A DNA stretch of 63,674 nucleotides, counting the filler, from Blastocystis sp. subtype 4 (Eukaryota): assembly GCF_000743755.1 (NCBI RefSeq). It is 3 parts of 3 records of this genome, joined end to end, with 100 filler letters (N's around TTAATTAATTAA, not from the genome) between each part and the next. Parts side by side here need not be neighbours in the genome. Positions count along the whole stretch, not along the records: positions 1 to 26,279 come from NW_014569308.1; positions 26,380 to 47,212 come from NW_014569307.1; 1 more part is not named here. One strand, written 5' to 3'. Below, one piece after another: positions 26,190-39,846 of this stretch. How positions within the stretch are numbered: the first letter of the stretch is position 1; every line of letters begins with the position of its first letter. The position numbers and the translations under genes are program-made. A model generated the notes under the pieces. It made no database searches. It was not told the origin of the DNA and saw nothing but the letters and a program-made list of their open reading frames with translations.

Positions 26190-26279
26190 TCACTTGGTTG
26201 CTGCTTGTTGTTGTTTCAACTGAGCTTTCTTCACTTCAATCATCTACCCTTTATCCTTGGAAGAATTACTCACTTGTTG
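26190..26279 (-). CDS. 3' fragment of a gene truncated by the linker (…MIEVKKAQLKQQQAATK*)
   Basis: GT-AG intron followed by a short coiled-coil exon ending in TGA. Confidence 0.4.
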
Positions 26280-26379
26280 NNNNNNNNNNNNNNNNNNNNN
26301 NNNNNNNNNNNNNNNNNNNNNNNTTAATTAATTAANNNNNNNNNNNNNNNNNNNNNNNNNNNNNNNNNNNNNNNNNNNN
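26280..26379. other. Artificial contig linker N44-TTAATTAATTAA-N44
   Basis: Exactly 100 nt, stop codons in all six frames, identical to 47213-47312. Confidence 0.95.
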
Positions 26380-26503
26380 TGAATTATATGATCAGAATAT
26401 CATGATTCGGAATGAGAAGGATATGCTGATTGTGGAGGGGAATGTAGGTGAAGAGTTTCAGAGAGTTCAGGCATTACTCAGCGAACAGTTTATGAAAGTG
26501 TAA
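26380..26503 (+). CDS. CPSF2: 3' end of probable CPSF100
   Basis: IMIRNEKDMLIVEGNVGEEFQRVQALLSEQFMKV* resembles the CPSF100 C-terminus (…LEG…DFY.IR.LLYEQY..V*). TGTTTGTT follows. Confidence 0.6.
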
Positions 26504-26602
26504 TTTAGAGCGAATGTTTGTTAGAAGAGTATGGTTAACAGATACAGAACAAGCTGACAAGTTATTTATTACGTCAGATAATGAACACTTCATTCTTCAA
26601 TC

Positions 26603-27755
26603 ATGGGAAAAAGTTCCAGTCGTTTTTCATTCATTCTGAAAAACGGTAATAACGAGTTGGATGAAACGATATCGCTATTATTCTCCAACATTGCACAATC
26701 CCAGTATAAGGGTGATTTAGCCAAATTGATTCGCGACAATATTACTTCTCTAGTAATAATTGGTGTTCGCAGCAATTGTATAGTGGGGAAGTGGTTGGTG
26801 TGTTGTTATTGGTAAGTCTCTTGATAAGGCAATTCGGTACATATCCTATATCATTTCTTTATTGCAAGAACACTTAACCCAATCACTATAAGGGCTATTG
26901 TTGTATTGTGTATGACTCTCTAAGAGACGAGGAAATTCTGATTTTCCGACCTTCTTCGATGCCGATTACGGAGAAGATCGGTGATAATGAAGACATCGAT
27001 AAGAAGGATTGGACGTATCAACTGTTCGTTTGTGCTTATGTAGAATGGATATGAAGATTCATTTGAATACGATGGATCCTACCCTATTTGCCTTTGTTAA
27101 GAGAGTAGTACCAATTCTCTTGTGTAACCTAGAGTATTGCTTATGCCTACAGTACCCAAGACACTGTGTCATCATTTGATATCCGTGTTCGTGATTCTTT
27201 GGATTCATAACTATAGAAATATGTAACAATTGGCTGTGGTCCTCTCTTCCATGTTATCGCTTCTCAGAATAGCTTTAAATGGTCACTTGATGATCAGGCT
27301 GATCAAATTGTCTCGCTTACAGTAAATGGAACCAACTACTTGATTTGGCGCATGCTTCTAAAGACTCATGTATTCTCAGAGAAGAAGAATTCTGGAGTTA
27401 TTGACAATAAGTGGGTTCTTATCCTACCAGTTCTTGTGGGTATTGCTCTTATTGTCCTGATTGTGGTCAAGAATAATACCTGCAATGAAATCGATGCAAA
27501 GTATTTGTATTTGGTGAATATGAACTAAGGAATCTCGATAATGGCTTCTTTGATGATGAACTCTTGGAATGTTACCAAGAACGTAGAAATGTAGAAATGG
27601 CGATATGAATTGAATAATAGTTCATTTATGCTGCTGTTGTCGCGTTTGTGATCGCAATCATTCTTGGAAGGACACAGAAGAAGCGAAGAATGGCTAGAAT
27701 AAAGATGGCGAAGACTTACTTCATGGAGTCTCTCTCAAACAAAAAGAACAACTAA
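26603..27755 (+). CDS. Hypothetical membrane protein with C-terminal TM helices and basic tail
   Basis: Multi-exon; WVLILPVLVGIALIVLIVV and FIYAAVVAFVIAIILG followed by KKRR. Confidence 0.55.
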
Positions 27756-27764
27756 TGGGGCACA

Positions 27765-28507
27765 TCAATCTGTTTTCTCATTTATACACAAGAATCGGTT
27801 AATCAGCTTTGAGACCGTCGGATTATAGAAATAGAGACATATTCCAATGAAGACTGCAACGCCCAGAATAACTAATACAACTACATCTCCATAATCAATA
27901 ACACTCCTACTCACTTCTTTGAAAATAGTAGGAGTCACTCCAAAGAGTGTTGGCTCTACAACAATTGTGACAAACCGTTCTTTGGATTCCTCTTGGGACT
28001 TTGCCATCGCCAAGTGTTTGGGAATCACATGAAGAATAGGGCGATAAGTAATCTATGCATCAATATCTCTTCCTGAAACAACGATTGAAGAGACACCCAT
28101 CCTATCACGCTCCACTCGAAAGATATCTCCTCGTCGGTTTGTCTCAAACGTGAAGATCCTGGTGTCTTGGATTCGTCTCTTGTGAACAGAAGACTCAAAC
28201 GCGTCATCGTCCTTTTCCAAGAAAAGATCAAATTGAACTGGAATTACTCCAGGATAAGAAAGTTTGACTGTATACTTCATACCCGCTTCTAAATCTTCCA
28301 GGTAGAGACTAAACATGATTTGTATGATTGACACCCACAGATATTCATCCCCAATAAACACATCTAGTGTCACTGGATTCATTGGCTTGATAAATACTAC
28401 CTCATCATTCTTTGATAAGGCGTACTTCGAGTTGGTACTTCTTCGATTTCCAATTCAGCAACAGCATAACCAACCAACACTAATAGTACAAAGAGTCTCA
28501 CTTTCAT
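27765..28507 (-). CDS. Hypothetical type I membrane protein (signal peptide plus C-terminal TM)
   Basis: MKVRLFVLLVLVGYAVA signal; YTVKLSYPG…RRIQDTRIFTF…IVVEPTLFGV; TM VVVLVILGVAVFIGICLYF. Confidence 0.65.
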
Positions 28508-28574
28508 TCAGGATGTGAAGATAACAAAAAAACCACGGTTCTTTGGATCATTCTCTTATTACATATTATACTTT

Positions 28575-30817
28575 ATGAGACTATTCGGAATTGATATTGG
28601 AGGAAGAAACACTCTAATTGGAGAGTGGACAAAGGATCGCTATCAACTTGCAGCTAACGGAATTTCAACTTGTTTACAGAATGATTCTGGAAAGTCATCA
28701 TTCAGGTAACTTAGTAAACTATTTATTTTCGAATCTAGGACTGTTGTATTGTTTAACAACAAGGAGGTATTCGTAGGTGATCATGTTGGATCCAAGGTTT
28801 TCATGTACTCTTATTGTGATTTCATAGATTGGTTATGCTCCAGATAGCTGTGTAACTGGATGTTACAAATACTTCCAAAAGTTAAATGACGAAGACCTGG
28901 CTATTGAGAATCAATTCTGTCCTTGCGCAGTAGAAACGAATAATAACCTGACTCAGGTCATTCTTGCTGCTGGTGGAGAGCCTAAGAAACCGCTTTCCTT
29001 TTTGGTTCCTGTATCGTTTTTATTTGAATACATCTTTTATCTGAGCATTAAGAACGATAAGGATCTCTACTACAGCCGTTATGAAAAATCTGTTCAATCT
29101 AGGAAAGAAGGTAATATGTACTCGATTATTGTATAAGTTTGATGACATTTTCATTCCAAGGTTCCTGAATCCTTCTCAGAGCACGAACTGTCTCTTCTAA
29201 ATACTCTATTGAAGATTCAGAATGATTCAGACTATTTTTTCATACGCAGCTCATTAGCAGCTGCTCTCGAGTATGGTTACTACAACATAGAACGAGGTGA
29301 ATACGATGATAAGTCATGTCGTGTACTGTTTGTTGACTCTGGTGCCACTCATACGAGCATCTTTGTTGTTTTGTATGAGAATGTTTTCATTCTTGACTCT
29401 TTTCATTCATAGGATTGTATAACTATCGAGTACTCCAAAGATATTAAAGGAGTTGATGGCAGACAATATGATCTTGCTATGTTGAAATGCATTTGTGGTG
29501 AACATGTATCCGAGTTGTCAATTCATACCAAACAGTATATTCGTTGTATGGAAATTATTGAGCGAGCAAAGCGTGATGCAAATATGGAAGGGATTGATGA
29601 GATTTATACCGATTTATCGGATATTTTTGACAGTCCAGATTTTGAAGATGAAGTATGTTGTCAAATTGATTCATTCCATACTGCTAGCGAACAGATTAAC
29701 GAATTGTTTAAGAGTCAGTTTATTGCAATATTGGAAGTGAGAGAGAATCAGGGTTGTGATTCATAGGACTTGAAGAAGAGGAATCTTGTTATTGATCGTG
29801 TGGTGCCAATAGGAGGAAACTCCCGTATTTTGACACTTCGTGAGATCATTCTTGATAGTATGAAGATGGTGTTGGGTCATAAATACACATTCACTCAAAC
29901 TGTGAATGTGGATGAATGTATGGTTCTTGGAGCTACTCTCTTCACACATCTCTTATCAGAGAATCGAATTATTTTTGATGGTCGAGCATCTGAGTATGTG
30001 ACACCATTCGTACAATTAAAAAAGGGTGATACTTGTTCTAATCGTAGACGAACAATACATATAGCTGTTGATGATTTGATCACGATTCCTGATGGTACAC
30101 GTTATGAGTTAACACGAGATGGTTTTGATTAACTCGTTATGATTATTCTTAGATATCAATTCATTGGAAGATACTATCAACAAGATTCATTGTGCTGAAG
30201 AAGAATTACACAATGTTCATAATTTGTGTTTGCAAGCAGAGAAACTGTATCATCATGCTCAGATACTGTCATGTCCTGATTTGTCTTTCTTTGTTTCTAT
30301 TGAATCCTCACAAGAGGAATCTTCATCAAAGAAGCGGCCAAATAAGCAAGTTTCCATTCCTGGAAAGTATCTTCCTCCATGTGAATACCAGCTCATGTGC
30401 ATTCTTCAGAAAGAAGCTAAGGAGAGTGGTCGTTCTTTTGCTTTGCCTACATGGAGTGCATATGAAGAAGAGATTGTGAAAGGAATATTGAATGGGTTTG
30501 AAGAAGGAAAGGAAAGAGAATTTGTTCAGGAGCAAGAAGTGGCTAAACGTATGCATATGTCAAAGAAACTGGCCGATCTGTACCCTCATATCCAGTATTT
30601 GGCTTCTCTGATTCATCGTGTTCAGGTGTTTGAGGAACAGAAGAGTACTTTATTCAATACAATGAATAAGATGATCTATGCAACCGCACGTGTCAAGTTG
30701 AATACGGAAGAGTTGAAGAAGAATATGATCAGTACAAGAGATATGATTATGGTTTTTGAATTAAAGGATGAGATTGAGAAACGATTTGAGTTCCTGAAGA
30801 GATGTGTAACCCACTAA
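28575..30817 (+). CDS. Divergent Hsp70/Hsp110-family protein
   Basis: FGIDIGG, AAALEYG, VLFVDSGATHT, PIGGNSRI, TVNVDECMVLGA follow the Hsp70/110 nucleotide-binding-domain motif order. Confidence 0.8.
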
Positions 30818-31042
30818 GTGGCATATTATGGGATCATTAATGACTCCTTCTTTGTTTGTACACCTATCTCTTTATTCTATTGTTCTATGTATTTCTTTTC
30901 TTTCACAAACGACTAGATCCCAAAAACCGATATGGCAATTTGATTGGGTAAAACTTGACGATGATGTCACTTTCTTCACCTCTTATGTCATATATCCGCA
31001 CACCTTTATCACTCTCATTATCATTTTCTATTGTTCAGATAC

Positions 31043-31431
31043 ATGTCTGGAATTGATCTAAGGGAGAAGCTACTCAATAACGAGTATCGTAAATGAATCA
31101 ACAAATCCAATAACTTGTAGAAATGAAGTATTATCAGTTACAAAAGAATCTTAGAAAGACTATGAGAATACTTCTGGACGATGGACGAGTAGTGGAAGGG
31201 AGATTACAAGTAAGAGTAAAACTCTTCTTTCAAATCTAGTGTTTCGATTCTTCGTTGAATATGATATTCGTAAATGCAGTAGAAGTTCTTTCAGGTGCTA
31301 CTGTGTCTTCTCTCTGACTTTTAGACAGTGAACTAACTCATCCAATTGGAAGACTTATCATTTCAGACTGCACCATCAAGCAATATCAGCCCTGTCCTTG
31401 TGCTTAAAGGAGCTGTGCTTTTGTACCCTAA
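31043..31431 (+). CDS. Sm-like (LSM-domain) protein, possibly NAA38/Mak31
   Basis: Spliced LRKTMRILLDDGRVVEGRLQCFDSSLNMIFVNAVE (Sm1) and IGRLII (Sm2). Not in the ORF track because of short exons. Last intron is probably GC-AG. Confidence 0.75.
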
Positions 31432-31484
31432 GAGTTGTTTAGAGATTAGAAAGTGTTTGTTAATCAAAGATATGCTAATGACAG

Positions 31485-32927
31485 TTACAGATCCTTATAC
31501 TTCATCGTCTCAGTATCAAATCCAGGCATAGGGAAAGTTGTGGCGAACTCAGCAACATCATGAGCAAGAACAGGAATATCAGCATTGGATCCCAAAGCAG
31601 CCACAAAGTCCTTCAACATCTTTCCAGATACCTTCTGAACATCCAGAGCAATCTTCACAGCACGATCCAAGAATCCAGCAACCTTCTCGAAATCAGCTTC
31701 CTTCAGACCACGAGTAGAGCAGGAGTTCCAATACGAACACCACCAGGAGACTGAGCAGAACGATCTCCATGAACAGTATTCTTGTTCAGAGAGATGTTAA
31801 TCAAATCACACACCTTTTCAATCTTAGAACCAGTCAGACCCAAAGGACGCACATCCCACAGAATCAAGTGATTGTCAGTTCCATCAGTACAAATCTTGTA
31901 ACCCTTATCCATCAAAGCCTTTGCCAAAGCCTTTGCATTAGCCTTGATTTGCTTACAATACTCCTTGAACTCAGGAGTAGCTACTTCTCTCAACTGAGTA
32001 GCAATAGCAGCAATCTGATGATCATGAGGACCTCCCTGCAGACCGGGGAACACAGCATCATTGATCTTCTTCTCGAAACCACGCTCATCCTTACGATAGA
32101 AGATCATTCCAGCACGAGGACCACGAAGTGATTTGTGAGTTGTCGTAGTCACAATATCACAATATTCGAAAGGATTTGCAACCTCACCTGTTGCTACCAA
32201 ACCACTAATATGAGCCATATCCATCATCAACAAAGCTCCATTAGCATCAGCAATCTTACGATAACGAGCATAATCCAAATCACGGGGATAAGCAGAGAAA
32301 CCAGCCACAATCAACTCAGGCTTGTAGATATCAGCAAGACGTTCCAACTCATCATAATCAATCAGACCTGTTTTAGGATCCACATGATAAGGAAGAGTCT
32401 CGAAGAAGATGGAAGAACCAGAAAGGGCCTTTCTCTGACCAGTCTTAGGATTGTACGTGTAGTAACCATGAGTCAAATGACCTCCAGAAGGAAGATCCAG
32501 ACCCATAATACGACTTCCAGGATGAAGAAGACCAGTGTAAACAGCAAGGTTAGCAGGAGAACCAGAATAGGGCTGAACATTCACTCCCCATTTCTCAGGA
32601 TCCAAATGATAAGCAGCAAGAGCACGCTTCTGACACAACAATTCAATCTGGTCAATGTATTCATTTCCTCCATAGTAACGATGAGCAGGATATCCCTCTG
32701 AATACTTGTTAGTCAAGCAAGATCCCAAACACTCCATAACAGCACGAGAAGTGAAGTTCTACTGATTACAACACTTTCCAATTTCAACCTCAGAAGCAAT
32801 CATCTCAAGAGATTTCCACTGTCTGTTCTTCTCCTTCTCAATCAAATCGAAGAGCTCAGAATCCACTGTTTCAAGAGGTTCTCTTCCAGGCTACTCATTA
32901 TCTCAAATCCTCTTATCCTACTTGCAT
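31485..32927 (-). CDS. SHMT: Serine hydroxymethyltransferase, with an apparent frameshift near 31715
   Basis: [38 protein letters not shown]. The C-terminus [13 protein letters not shown]…FPMPG continues in another frame. Confidence 0.95.
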
Positions 32928-33126
32928 TTGGTATTAATTACGATGTATTAAAGAAAAGTGTAGAAAACAGTTGATGATCTTAGAGTTGACAATTCTCCAC
33001 TATTCCCGTGATTCTCAATTCCACTTTGCCACCTTTTGACAATCTTGAATATCCTTCACAATCCACTTCTCCACCTTTTCGAACAAACAAAATACCGATT
33101 ATTCACCTTTAACGAAAGGATGAGGT

Positions 33127-33905
33127 TTACATCTCCTTCTCCTCACTCACCTTCTCAACAGGTTGGTTAGGCTTCCAAGCAGGAACAGGATACTCCTTGG
33201 GCTCATGAACAGTGATGATATCAGGAAGATTCTTCTTAGGTCCAAGTCTGCCCTCAGGATCTGAAGGCTTCATGATCTTCACCTTCACTCCCAGCATACC
33301 CTGCTTCACCAGAACATGACGCACAGCCACATCAACGAACTCCTGGCAAGCATAACCAGTCTTGATCATATAACCTTCCTTGAACTTCATCGCATTAGCA
33401 CGCTGCTGACGAAGCTTTCCAGAAACAATAACCTCACAACCCTTAGCACCAGCCTCCAGAGCACTGCGAATCACAGCATAGGCAGCACGACGCACAGGAA
33501 GACCAGCCAGAAGCTTGTACTTCAGAGCCTCAGCCTGCACCTGAGCACACAGACTACGCTCAGCAACACGCTCAGCATACAGAACGACGTTGTTCTCATT
33601 GAAACCAAATCTACCTCTCAGACACACTCTCTATCACTACCTCTTCTGTACAAGAGCAGTCAACTCGTTGATACGACGAGAATTCTCACCAATGACCTCT
33701 TGGGGACGAGGAGCACGGATGATAATCTCAGTCTTCATGGTGGACTTACGGACGCTCACTCCAGCATAGCCAACCTCAGCCAATTGACGGTGAAGGAGCT
33801 AAATTCTCACTCCAACGCTAACTCACTTCCTACCTCATCAAGCTCGGCATAGAACACTCCATCAGCCACACACTGGTGTTTCTTACTAATTCTCTCAGCA
33901 GGCAT
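33127..33905 (-). CDS. RPS3: 40S ribosomal protein S3 (uS3)
   Basis: [35 protein letters not shown]. Confidence 0.97.
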
Positions 33906-34140
33906 CTTCAAAGGCAAATAATCCTAGTTTTGTGACTGCTTCAAGGAATGGTTCATGAAACGCTTCAGTATGGTGTCTCTATCCTTTTCATTGTTATTAC
34001 TGAACATGCATCTTCTTGATCTCTCTCATTTCTGGTTTAATTAAGAAGAATAGAATGGAATGGAGATGAACCAGAGTGATAGAAGGTTCTGGAGTCATTT
34101 ACTGAACAACGCTTGATCAACAAACAAGACAAATTGCTGG

Positions 34141-35939
34141 TTAGAATGGCATAATTGGATATTGACTATTATCAGATGAATCTTCAAGAGGAAGCTCATA
34201 AGGAGGACGAAGTGCTTGTTTCAGTAATCGTTCAGGGATCTTCTCTTTTTCTAATCCTTATCATGAATCCAGGAAATGACTTTTCTCAAGAATGACTGAT
34301 TTCAATGCTGGTGTCTTTGATGATTGTAACGATGCGTACAACAAGGATACTAAGGATTGAATTGCAATATTGGATAATTTGTTGCCTAGAGTTGAAGGAC
34401 TGCTTGGTTTTTACAGCCAATGTAGAGTTCGGCTGCTGGAGCGATTTTCCGATCAGCAATAGTTGCAGCAAGTTGAAGAACACTTCGATCATGGAGTTGG
34501 TTGTTGGAGAGATAAAGTGTCTTCAGATGAGGGAGAAAACCATATTTGATTTCGTAGACAAGTTTAAGAAGTCCTTCATCTTTGATTTGATTGTCTAGCT
34601 TGAATTATCAAAGCTATTTCTACTTCCAAGCGATAGTTCTTCGAGTTGTGGACAATTATTGTTGTGGATCATGGAAGTCAGATACAGCATTCCTTCCAAA
34701 CCAAGACGATTGTTGGTGAGATCAAGAATTCGCAGATTTGGAAAGTAGAAACAGTCGTATCGGAATCCTTCAAACAGATATAGAATTCCTTTGCCTCGAA
34801 TATCGTTATCTAGGAGAAAGCGATTCTTTAGTCTTACTGCCTACAGAAAGGACTCGCAATTCCTTCAGTTGTTTGATTAACAAGCCTAGAGCTCGCATTC
34901 CTCGTGTTTTCAATCGACATGCTATGAATTAGGGAAGACTCAGAATCTGACAGTGAACAATGAGAACATGGAGATGAGGGAGATGATTGCCATGGAGAAT
35001 ACTCTCTGTGAGTAGAGTCATTCCTTTGGCTCCGAAGCTGTTTCCTATCTCATCAATTCTTCATACAACTCACTTGAAATGTCTAAGAGTTCGAGAGAGT
35101 CCAGAATCCCCAATGAGATGGTAAGAGCCAGATGACGAATCCCTCCTGCATTGATACTATTCCAATAGATCCTCAGATAACGTAGATTGATGAGAGGAGA
35201 TCCATTCAATGCATTACAGAAGTATTTGAGACCTGGATTAGCCATGTGGCAACGAGAGAAGTCGATACTCTGGATGTTTCGACAATGGAAGTCCATGAAG
35301 GCTTGAGTGATCTTCCGAATGCCTCCAGCAAAGATGAGATTATCTAGGAGAGAGGAAGCGTGATTCTGATACGTTGTAGATCAATGTGTTGGATTTCTCG
35401 TAAGCATCCAGAAGACAAACAAACAGCCATAGAACCACTTCCACCCACTCCCATTGCATTGTTGCTTAGACGAATTATTCGCAGTTTGGCACAATTGCCT
35501 GATTGCAATGCTTCGAAAAGGAGACTTACATTCCGATCTGTTATTCGACTATCTAAGATTCATTTCTATTCACCATTTTCACATTGAAGATCTAGAGAGA
35601 CTAGTTCACTCAAGTATCCTGCTTCAATCACCAAACCAAGGTCTTGAATACACTTTCGTTTTGTAATTGTTGCCACTATTATTGAGTCATTCGTTCATTT
35701 CCACATTCCAGATGATGAAGAGACCCACAGAAACGAAACAGATGACACAAATCATCAACAGTTTGATACAATGTCATACGTTCGACACTCTACAAGTCAT
35801 TAGAACTATATGAAGATACTTCCAGAACTGCACGATTGATGAGGGAACTACTGGAGCGCAAGAATTGACGACGTCGAGGATCTAGATAGCTCAATACAAT
35901 ACAAATTGTTCTGTATTTAGTTTCGGTACTAATTTCCAT
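34141..35939 (-). CDS. RNI-like leucine-rich repeat protein
   Basis: LRYLRIYWNSINAGGIRHLA and LELLDIS-type repeats over several exons. TAA at 34143-34141, then TGTTTGTT. Confidence 0.75.
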
Positions 35940-36164
35940 TGTATATACGAATTCAACAACACGAAACTAGAAAAGGACGTGTTCATGTTCTATCCCATGG
36001 AAATAGCATGAAGAGTGTTTTCTCCACTCTGAATGTGAATCTCCTTGCTACAAAACGAATTGCTTCGAATTGGACTTATATCCATCCTTGTCGTTGTTTG
36101 TAAGACTTTCATCTCCTGAAATTTGTGTCTAATTGTTTCAATTATTTTGGTACAAGTCTAGTCC

Positions 36165-37981
36165 ATGCAATCCGAATGTACCATTTGATAGGTTTATTGA
36201 ATTATAGATGGGACAAGAAAGGTTAGATCATTCGATTTCTTTCTAGACGGGTATTATCCAGCAGGTCCTGCAGAATATCGTGAAATTGATGGATGTATGT
36301 ACTGTATCCAGGAATATAAGAATAATCATAAACATGAATACACAATCATGCAGATGAAAGATGGACTTCCTGATGGAACGGCTCAATTGTTTACAAATGG
36401 ACTATTAAGACTTCAATGGACAATGAGTAATGGGAAACGAGTTGGAGAAGTGACTGTTTATGAAGATGGAGTTGCTGTAAAGAGAGTGAATTGGCTCTAT
36501 TTCTATAGTCTCGAGGATGAACGAGCGATTGAGAATCAAAGAACAAGAGAAGTGATGATCATCACTTCTTCAGAGTCTGAAATAGTTGTATATCGAGGTG
36601 GATTTGACTCAGAAATGAATCGTGAAGGATTTGGAATCGAATATGATCGTTCTACAGGAGAACCCTTGTATTCTGGTGTTTTCAAAAAGGATACATTGTT
36701 TCAAATCAGTCAGGAATTCGTGAATTCCACCAAAATGATTGAATATCAATTAGAAGAAGAGAGTAATATGAAAGCTCGAGCACGACATCCTCTGTATGTA
36801 GGTGGATTCAAATGGAATTCTGTCACTGGAGTCTATCAGAGACATGGTAAAGGAAGAGAGATTGATCCAATAACAGGATTGGCTATTCGAGAAGATTATT
36901 GGAATGAAGGTGTTCCTTCGCAGAAAGAAGCTGTGATGTTGTTGAATGGTTGGTACAAATATGAAAAGCCTGAAGAGAAACCAAGTGTGGATAAACCATC
37001 GTCACAAGAAGGGGAGAAGAGTCAACTAGTGACAATAAGAAATGAACTTGAATTGAATTCAATGAGTCAAGAAGTGAGAACATTGATCATTGATCAGAAT
37101 GTTGATCTATTGACAGGAAACTCGGTTCTTTCATTCTCGGATCTGCCTTCTCTCATCAGTATTCGTATTCAAGATTCCTGTTTTTTGTCTGTTGCACAAT
37201 TCACTATCACAAATAACAACAAGCTTGAAACAATCTCCATTGGAATGAACTGTTTCACTACAAAACCTCAGGAATGGGGCAAAGTGGATGGGAGAGAGTT
37301 TCATTTAACTCATTGTGTTTCATTAAACCAGCTGAGTATTGGATGTTATTCATTCTCAGACTATACATTCTGTGAATTCAAAGATCTGCCTCAGTTGGAA
37401 TCTCTTACGATTGGTAATTCTTCTTCTTCCTTCTGTTTCGCGAATTCTGATTTCATGTTGGCAGGTAAGTGATTCTCTTCAATTGTTCCATAGATCTACA
37501 GAATCTGGCCACTCTTCAACTAGGAGTAGGTGTGTTCAACAATGCTAAGGTCTGTCAACTCCATAGTAGAAACAAGAAGGAATATTCATTGTAGATCTAT
37601 CCAATCTGAAATCGATTGTATTGGGAAAGAATGCACTTCGAGGAAACATGTTGATTGTTCCTCACATCGTGATTCAACCTCCTTCATTGGTGATTTCTGG
37701 TTCAGAATGTATTGTTCTTGTTCATCGTAGATCTCCCAGATCTACAGAGTCTGGTCATGAAGGGACAGAACTTCCAATACTTTACAAAGATTGTGATTCG
37801 AAGTATGGATTCTTGTTTGTTGTGTTCTGTAGATGTGAAAAAGCTGAAGAAGATTCATGCAAATGGAAGTGGATATTTCAGTAATGTTGTGAATTATGTG
37901 ATTGAAGGTTTGAATGAATGAGTCTATTGAAAGCTAGAAGCACCTGCTTTGGATTCGTTTGTCAAAAAGAGTATTCTTTGA
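36165..37981 (+). CDS. MORN-like repeat plus leucine-rich repeat protein
   Basis: YRGGFDSEMNREGFGIEYD, RHGKGREID (MORN-like); DLPSLISIRI, NKLETISIG, DLPQLESLTIG (LRR). Confidence 0.75.
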
Positions 37982-38125
37982 TGTTCAGTTGTTTGTTGTT
38001 GTTGTTTGAGTCAAAATCACACTTTGCATGTTGAATAGAGTGTTTATGAATTTCATAACAAGAGTTGACAGGAATCTCAGAGAATTGTCTCATTTCTTGT
38101 CAAATCCAATCATCCATAAAAGGGG

Positions 38126-39816
38126 ATGAATTCACTTGTAAAGCAATTAGAAGAGAGAGATAAAGAGGAAAAGGACAAATATTCCCAGTTCTTCGCAGAT
38201 TGTATGAATGAACACAAAACTCAAATTCAGATGGTCAATGTCTCGAAATGATCCAGCAACAGAAGAAACAAATCGATCAGCTTTCAAAGAAACATGAATT
38301 GAACTCAGACAAGTCCCTCCTTGATGTGGAACTCATTAATCGCATTCAAACACTTCAATCTGAATTGCTCATATCCAAACAAAGGGAAGTGGAGTGTCTT
38401 GAGGAAATGAAACAACTGAAGAAGGAACATGATATTGCCATCAAGTCACTTCATACCACTCTCAAAGATATGAAAGAGCAACAATTGGAAATAGAATCAC
38501 TTCGAGAATCAATAGACCGATTTCGAGGGATACTNNNNNNNNNNNNNNNNNNNNNNNNNNNNNNNNNNNNNNNATACTATCCATTAGAATCTTCTGGATG
38601 AACAAGAACGAACAAATCGACTCTTGAAGAAGAGACTTCAACAACGAGAAGATGATCTTCTTCTTCTCAAAGAGACAATGGCTTCCACTATCAACCAATT
38701 GACAGAAGAGTTGAGAGGATCTGGAGAAGAGATTATTCAAGTGATTAGTCAATCTGAACCAGCAAAGAGAATGGATATTGATTATTGTAGTGGTGATTTT
38801 GATACAGAAGACAAAGAGTGTTCATTTCAACCTCATTTCATTGTAATACTCCTTGGTTTGTCTCATCTAGAAAGCATCAGAAACTGCCATCTCAACAGTA
38901 GCTGTTAGTGAATCTCTTCATTCCTTCTTCTCAATTAGTGGAACTGAAGTGAGACAATGGAATCCTCAAACCTGTTCTTCTCAATGTATTCAATCATCTC
39001 TAGATGAAATGGAGTGTTCATGGATACTTCCTTCTCCTGCTCTTCACTCCTCAGTTCATGGTTCATTGATAGGATCTATTCTTGATGATGGAACTCTCTT
39101 TGTTCATCATCTTTCCTCCACTTCATCATCCTTCACCTTGTATCCACAATCAGGAATGAAGCTGGATCTCATAACAATGGGTTCAGAACGATTGGCTATC
39201 ACAACAGGAAAGAAAAGAGTCTCATTAGTTGATTTGGAATCCCAGCATTTCCTTCAATCCTTCTTGTTTGATAGTTCAATCACCACTCTTTCATCAACTC
39301 CTGATTTCTATCTCCTTGTTACTAGTCATCAAGTACTTATTCTCTGTTCCTATCAACTAGGATCGATCAATTCGTTTGTGGGATGCACGAAGTGGTTCCA
39401 TCATCCAACATATCCCAAAGACTCATTCCTCTCCAATTCAGTCTCTGAGTCTTGTCTATCGTTTGTGATTAAATGATTTGTGTTATCATCAGAAGGAAGA
39501 TTTGATAGTCGTATTGTTAGTGTTGATTCAAGCACAATGACTTGTCATGATCTATTCTCAGGAGTTCAATTGATGGAAATCCAAGGACAACACAGATTAT
39601 CCAAGTGTGTTGTAACAGATAATCACTTTGTTTTAACGAATAATCAAGGAGAAGTGAGTTGGTTGAGTCAGATAACAGGTCATTCTATTCATCAGTATCA
39701 ATATCTCAAGTCATTTCCTCCTTCTTGTTTCATTCCTAGTCTTCCTATTCATTCTCTCTCTTCTTTTGAAGATACACTTATCATTGGAGATGCTCATGGT
39801 TTTGTAACTCTTTTTT
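38126..39816 (+). CDS. ATG16-like protein (N-terminal helix, coiled coil, degenerate WD40); stop possibly completed by polyadenylation
   Basis: LVKQLEERDKEEK…FFAD resembles the ATG5-binding helix; long coiled coil; beta-propeller-like C-terminus ending GDAHGFVTLF. N-gap 38535-38573. Confidence 0.5.
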
Positions 39817-39846
39817 CCTCTCTTTCAAACAAACACTCATCACATA

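Noticed and set aside
31769..33852. Long antisense ORFs opposite SHMT and RPS3
   Set aside because: These are shadow ORFs caused by biased codon usage of highly expressed genes, with no recognisable motifs.
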